From Emiliania huxleyi CCMP1516 (taxonomy: Eukaryota), in the NCBI RefSeq assembly GCF_000372725.1, contig NW_005201392.1, forward strand, positions 4,521-68,520: DNA of 64,000 nt, written 5' to 3'. This document shows positions 59,664-64,000 of this stretch, piece by piece; position 1 is the first letter of the stretch, and each line of letters starts with the position of its first letter. Both the position numbers and the translations under genes were made by a program. The notes beneath the pieces were generated by a model. The model saw only the letters and a program-made list of their open reading frames with translations, was not told the origin of the DNA and did no database searches.

Positions 59664-60100
59664 CACTTGGAGCACTTGGAGTGCAGTCATTAGCCTCACA
59701 TCCAGGGCCGGGGAGCTGAGAAGCGCACCCAGCGGGCCGGATGATCGGGATCGGGTTGCGGGCAAGAGAGCCCTAGCCCTGGGGGGTGCGCGGTCGCAGG
59801 GCCATAACACGGGTCTCCGAGGGATAGTACCGCGCTCCGGGTTTCCCCTAGCAGCAGAACGCCCCCTCTACTCGGAGCTAAAGAATACTCTCCGAGAGTT
59901 AGTCCGCGCTCCAGGTTTCCCCTAGCAGCGGAGTCGCACTTGGAGCACTTGGAGTGCGGTCATTAACCTCACGCCCACCCAGGGCCGGGGAGCTGAGAAG
60001 CGCACCCAGTTGGCCGGACGCTCGGCATCGGGTTACGGGCTAGAGAGCCCTAGCCCCGGGGGTGCGCGGTCGCAGGGCCATAACACGTCTCCGAGGGATG
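59664..60100 (+). repeat. Two tandem copies of the dispersed intergenic repeat family
   Basis: CACTTGGAGCACTTGGAGTGC... starts at ~59664 and again at ~59937. Confidence 0.85.
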
Positions 60101-60425
60101 GTTCCGTGTACCGGGTTACCCCTTAACTGCAGAAAGAAAGAAAGAAAGAAAACACGCAACCCAAGGGAGGGATGGGAGAACAACTGCAGAACGCACGCGG
60201 ATATTAAAATTCTTCTTTTGTGCACTGCCGGCGTGTGCCTCCCCCCCGCCGCCTCCTCCTCCGCCGCCGCCGCCGCCGCCTCCGCCGCCGCCGCCGCCGC
60301 CTCCTCCCCCTCCCCCGCCTTTGCCCTCCCCGCTGCGCGCGCACCGCCATCAGCTGACGCCTCTCCTCCCGCCCCGCTGTAGGCGCGCGCCCCTCGTTAC
60401 CGCACCCGCCGCACTGCGCTCCGTG

Positions 60426-60636
60426 ATGGGCGGCGGCCCTCAGATCCCGTACCCCAAGTGGGTGTGGACGCCCGTCGGCGGCTGGTACAACAACTACCCG
60501 AAAAACTACCAGCGCAACGGGTTGATCATGGCCGCCGGCTGGTTCGCCGCGGTGACCGCCATCTTCCAGCTCTCTATTCGTTGCGAGCGGCGCGCGGTCG
60601 CTCCGCACAGGCCCATCCCCTCGCAGCGCTGGTGCA
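60426..60636 (+). CDS. Small single-TM protein resembling fungal complex I accessory subunit NUUM; truncated by gap
   Basis: MGGGPQIPYPKWVWTPVGGWY...P.NY..N, then a TM helix and IPSQRW. Confidence 0.7.
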
Positions 60637-61417
60637 ANNNNNNNNNNNNNNNNNNNNNNNNNNNNNNNNNNNNNNNNNNNNNNNNNNNNNNNNNNNNNNN
60701 NNNNNNNNNNNNNNNNNNNNNNNNNNNNNNNNNNNNNGGGGGCCCCCCCCGGTTGGAAGGGGGGGGGGTGGGACCCCCCTTTTGGAGGGCTTTTTTGGAA
60801 GTTTGAGAAGACCCCCCCCCCCCCCTTCCCCCCTTCCCCCCCCCCTGAGGGGCCTCGAAGCATTTGGCAGTCGACCGGCACGGGCGCCGGTACAGTCCGG
60901 GCGATCCCAGTCCCGCGTCTTCCGCCTCTCCTCCGCGCTCTCCCGCGTGTCTTGTGTGGTCGTGACAACGTGAGCGGATCTCGGGCGCGCTCGCGGGGGG
61001 GTTGGTAGGTAAGGTAAGGTAAACTTCTCCACACACACGAGGTGGTGGGGCAAGGGGGGGCAACCCTCGCGTCTCCACGTCTGACGACAGGAGCCCCACG
61101 GCATTCAAACGCGGGGGGGTTCGCGTGGGAAGACCGCAAGGGGGGGCCAATTTTTCGTCAACGCTGCAAAACCGAAGAACTAAGTATTCTCAACGAACTA
61201 AGTATTGTCAACGTCATAGCGGCCGCCGCGCGCGTGCGTATTGCGGTGGCGCCACGCTTGGCGCTTTGGCCGCTGCCCGCTCTAGCTGCGAGCGAACCCG
61301 AACGTACGCGGTGTGGGGAGGGCGGCCGCGAGGGTGTGGGCGGCTGGTTGACGCTCCGAGAGGCCTGTGCTGTCGAGAGGGTAGACGCGGGGGCAAGAGA
61401 GTGTGCTCTCCGGGCGC

Positions 61418-61626
61418 CTAGACGACCCCCGACCAAGTCGAGACGGTGAAGACGTCCTTGTCGCCGACAGAGTGCTTCGTGGTGGTGATGTCCTGCGGCG
61501 CACGCGCAGCGGTGTGGCTGAAGGGCGGGGCTGGCGCGAGAGGGCGAGCCCCGGGCCCGAGGAGTGCGGAGAGGGAGAGGGAGGGTGTGGAGAGGTGTGG
61601 AGAGGTGTGGAGAGGTGGTGGTGTGG

Positions 61627-61660
<34 letters not shown>

Positions 61661-62481
61661 CGTGGGCGGTGCCTGATGGAGGTGTAGGTGTGGAGAGGGA
61701 GAGGTGTGGAGAGGGAGAGGTGTGGAGAGGGGTGTGGAGGTGTGTGTGTGTGGCGTGGGGCGGTGCCTGGTCCGAGACAATCTTCTTGAGATAGTCCATG
61801 AACTCAGTGCCCGCCTGCTCTCGGCAAGGTGAGCACGAGCGAGCACGCGCAAGTATGAGCGAGTACGGGCGAGTACGAGCGAGCACCGCAAGCGGACGCG
61901 GCTTCATCTCGGCTATCTCTCGGTTATCTCTCGGCCGGGCCTCTCGGCTCTCGGCCTAGCTGACAGCGAGGCGTCCTCTCCACGAGAGGTGTAGGGGATG
62001 CGAGGGGGGCGCCGAGGCGGGTGATGCGCCAACTGCAGGACGTTGTGGTTTGCCTTTGGACACCGACCAGTGATGTGTGTTCTCGGCTCTATCGGCACGC
62101 CTGCGGCGCCTCGTCCCGGCCGTCCTGCGTGCCGGGGTACAGGTTCCAGTCGCACAACACGGCCGTGTCACTGTTGATCATGCCTGGGGGGGGGGGGGGG
62201 TTCGGAGCTTAGAGACGGTTCGTGGAGAGGGCGCCGGGCGGCTCGCTGCTGCTCGTGCCGTTGGACTCGAGCAGCCGCAGGTCGGGCAAGAAGTCCTGCG
62301 GCAAAAGGGCAAGAGGTCGGGCCAGGCCAGGTCCGGGGTACACTTCCACACACACACACGAGCTGGTGGGGCAGGGGCCAGGCTAGTCCCTCGCGACTCC
62401 ACGTCTAGACGACAGGAGCTGGCACGGCATTCAACGTGCAAGGCCCAGTGCGCGTGGGTGAGCGGTGTGCGTGCGCGCGTT

Positions 62482-62513
<32 letters not shown>

Positions 62514-63692
62514 AGTGAGTGAGTGAGTGAGTGAGTGAGTGAGTGAGTGAGTGAGTGAGTGAGTGAGTGAGTGAGTGAGTGAGGGAGTGAGTGAGTGAGT
62601 GAGTGTGTGTGTGTGTGTGTGCGCGCTTCTCCTCCCGCTGTGGGAAGGACAAGGCTCGGACAAGGCTCCCCCCCGTATCTCCCCCGTATCTCCCCCGCAT
62701 CTCCTCGTATCTCCCCGCATCTCCCCGTACCTCCCCCGCATCTCCGCATCGCAAGGCAGGAGCCTCCGCCATCTCGACTGGGTCTCGACTGGGTCTCTGC
62801 TGGGTCTCTGCTGGGTCTCTTGCTGGGTCTCGGCAAGCTCCCTGCTATCTCCCTGCTATCTCCCTGCTATCTCCCGGCGATCTCCCTGCGATCTCCCTGC
62901 GATCTCCCTGCGATCTCCCTGCTATCTCCCTGCGATCTCCCGGCGATCTCCCGGCGATCTCCCGGCGATCTCCCGGGCCAGACCTTGATGGAGTGGTCGA
63001 GCAGCACTGCGTCGAGAGGCCGAGCGCCGTGCTTAGCCTGGATCGACGGGAGCCGATCGGCCACTGACCCGATCCGCACCTGCTCACGGGGGGGGACAGG
63101 CGTGGAGAGACGCCGTTCACAGCCGCTGCGCCGCCGCTCCGCTCCCCACCTCCACGCGGTCCCGCAGCCCCGCGTGCTCGACCACGGTCGACGCAATCGC
63201 GGCAAACAGCGGCTCGATCTCGACCGAGACGAGCTTGGCGCCGGGCGGGAGGAGGCGGCCCATCCGGACGGCGGTGTAGCCGCAGTACGTGCCCAGCTCC
63301 ATCACGTACGCCTCCGGCCCGCGCTTCGCATGCACCTCCTCGACGGCGCGGTCGATGGCCTGGCTGCGCAGCTTCCACTCGGCCGTGCCAGCGCCGTTGA
63401 AGTACGTGTCCCAGAAGACGTCCATCGCGTCGAGCACCGAGGCCGGATCGCCCTCCGTCGACGAGCTGATCACGTGCCGCAGCAGCGAGCGCTCGCGCAG
63501 CTCGTTGAAGTCCGAGGTCGCAGAGGGCGGCCGCGCAGCGTCGTTTGAGTCCCAGCGCACGGGCGGCGCAGGGCGCGAGATCGCCGAGGCGCGCGCCGCC
63601 GACAGCGGGCTGAAGGCGCCCGCGCCCGCGTGGAAGCTCCGGCTCCGCAGCGCGCGCGTCGTCGCGCCCGAAAAGGGCTTGAGGGAGATCAT
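61418..63692 (-). CDS. Catechol O-methyltransferase-like (class I SAM) protein, multi-exon
   Basis: GDPASVLDAMD, MELGTYCGYTAVRM, LVSVEIEP, LDAVLLDH, LPDLRLLE. Confidence 0.88.
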
Positions 63693-64000
63693 CTAGGAGG
63701 AGGAGCGGTGGCGGCGCCCGATGAGGTCAAAAAAATGCACTAACATCGAAGGCTAAGCTCAAAAAATGCACTTTTCGGTCTTCAAAAGAAATCCGGTGGC
63801 ACCCCGTGTTGAGCCGAGCGACACAATAACAGCGGGCGCGTCTCACCACTCACCGCATCTCATGATCTGCATCCTCGCGACCGCCGTTAACAGCACGGCA
63901 GCTTCCCGCGTCGGTCCCTCTCAACCTCCTGTTTTCTGCGTGCACGCCGGATTGGGCGGGCGGCGGGCGGTCGTCGGATCGGCGGACGCTTCTCGAGTCC

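Overview
GC-rich, intron-rich eukaryotic genomic DNA from a draft assembly with five N-gaps. The mostly GC-AG introns and the composition fit a haptophyte such as Emiliania/Gephyrocapsa huxleyi; this is an inference, not a database result. Readable genes: the 3' end of a PP2C-like phosphatase with a CaaX box, an inositol-monophosphatase-family/kinase fusion, an OPR-repeat/RAP protein, a DUF4203-like membrane protein, an SLC35A nucleotide-sugar transporter, two paralogous double-hotdog thioesterases, a BTB-BACK-Kelch protein, a Cys-rich surface protein, a GRDP-like protein with an embedded HMG box, LAMTOR2, ISCA1, a lipocalin, a conserved K/R-rich protein, a bacterial-type MMPL/RND transporter, a cPLA2/PLB-type phospholipase, a NUUM-like complex I subunit and a COMT-like methyltransferase. 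Mobile DNA: a TTAA-flanked piggyBac-like element, a long-TIR MITE with an 8-bp TSD, retroelement relics and dispersed repeats. The most striking pattern is in the introns. Many consist of a 10-33 nt duplication of the adjacent exon plus a filler drawn from a few sequence families shared between unrelated genes, and every case read is in sense orientation. This looks like a recent, TIR-less, template-driven intron-creating process. All exon boundaries were read by eye and need RNA-seq confirmation.
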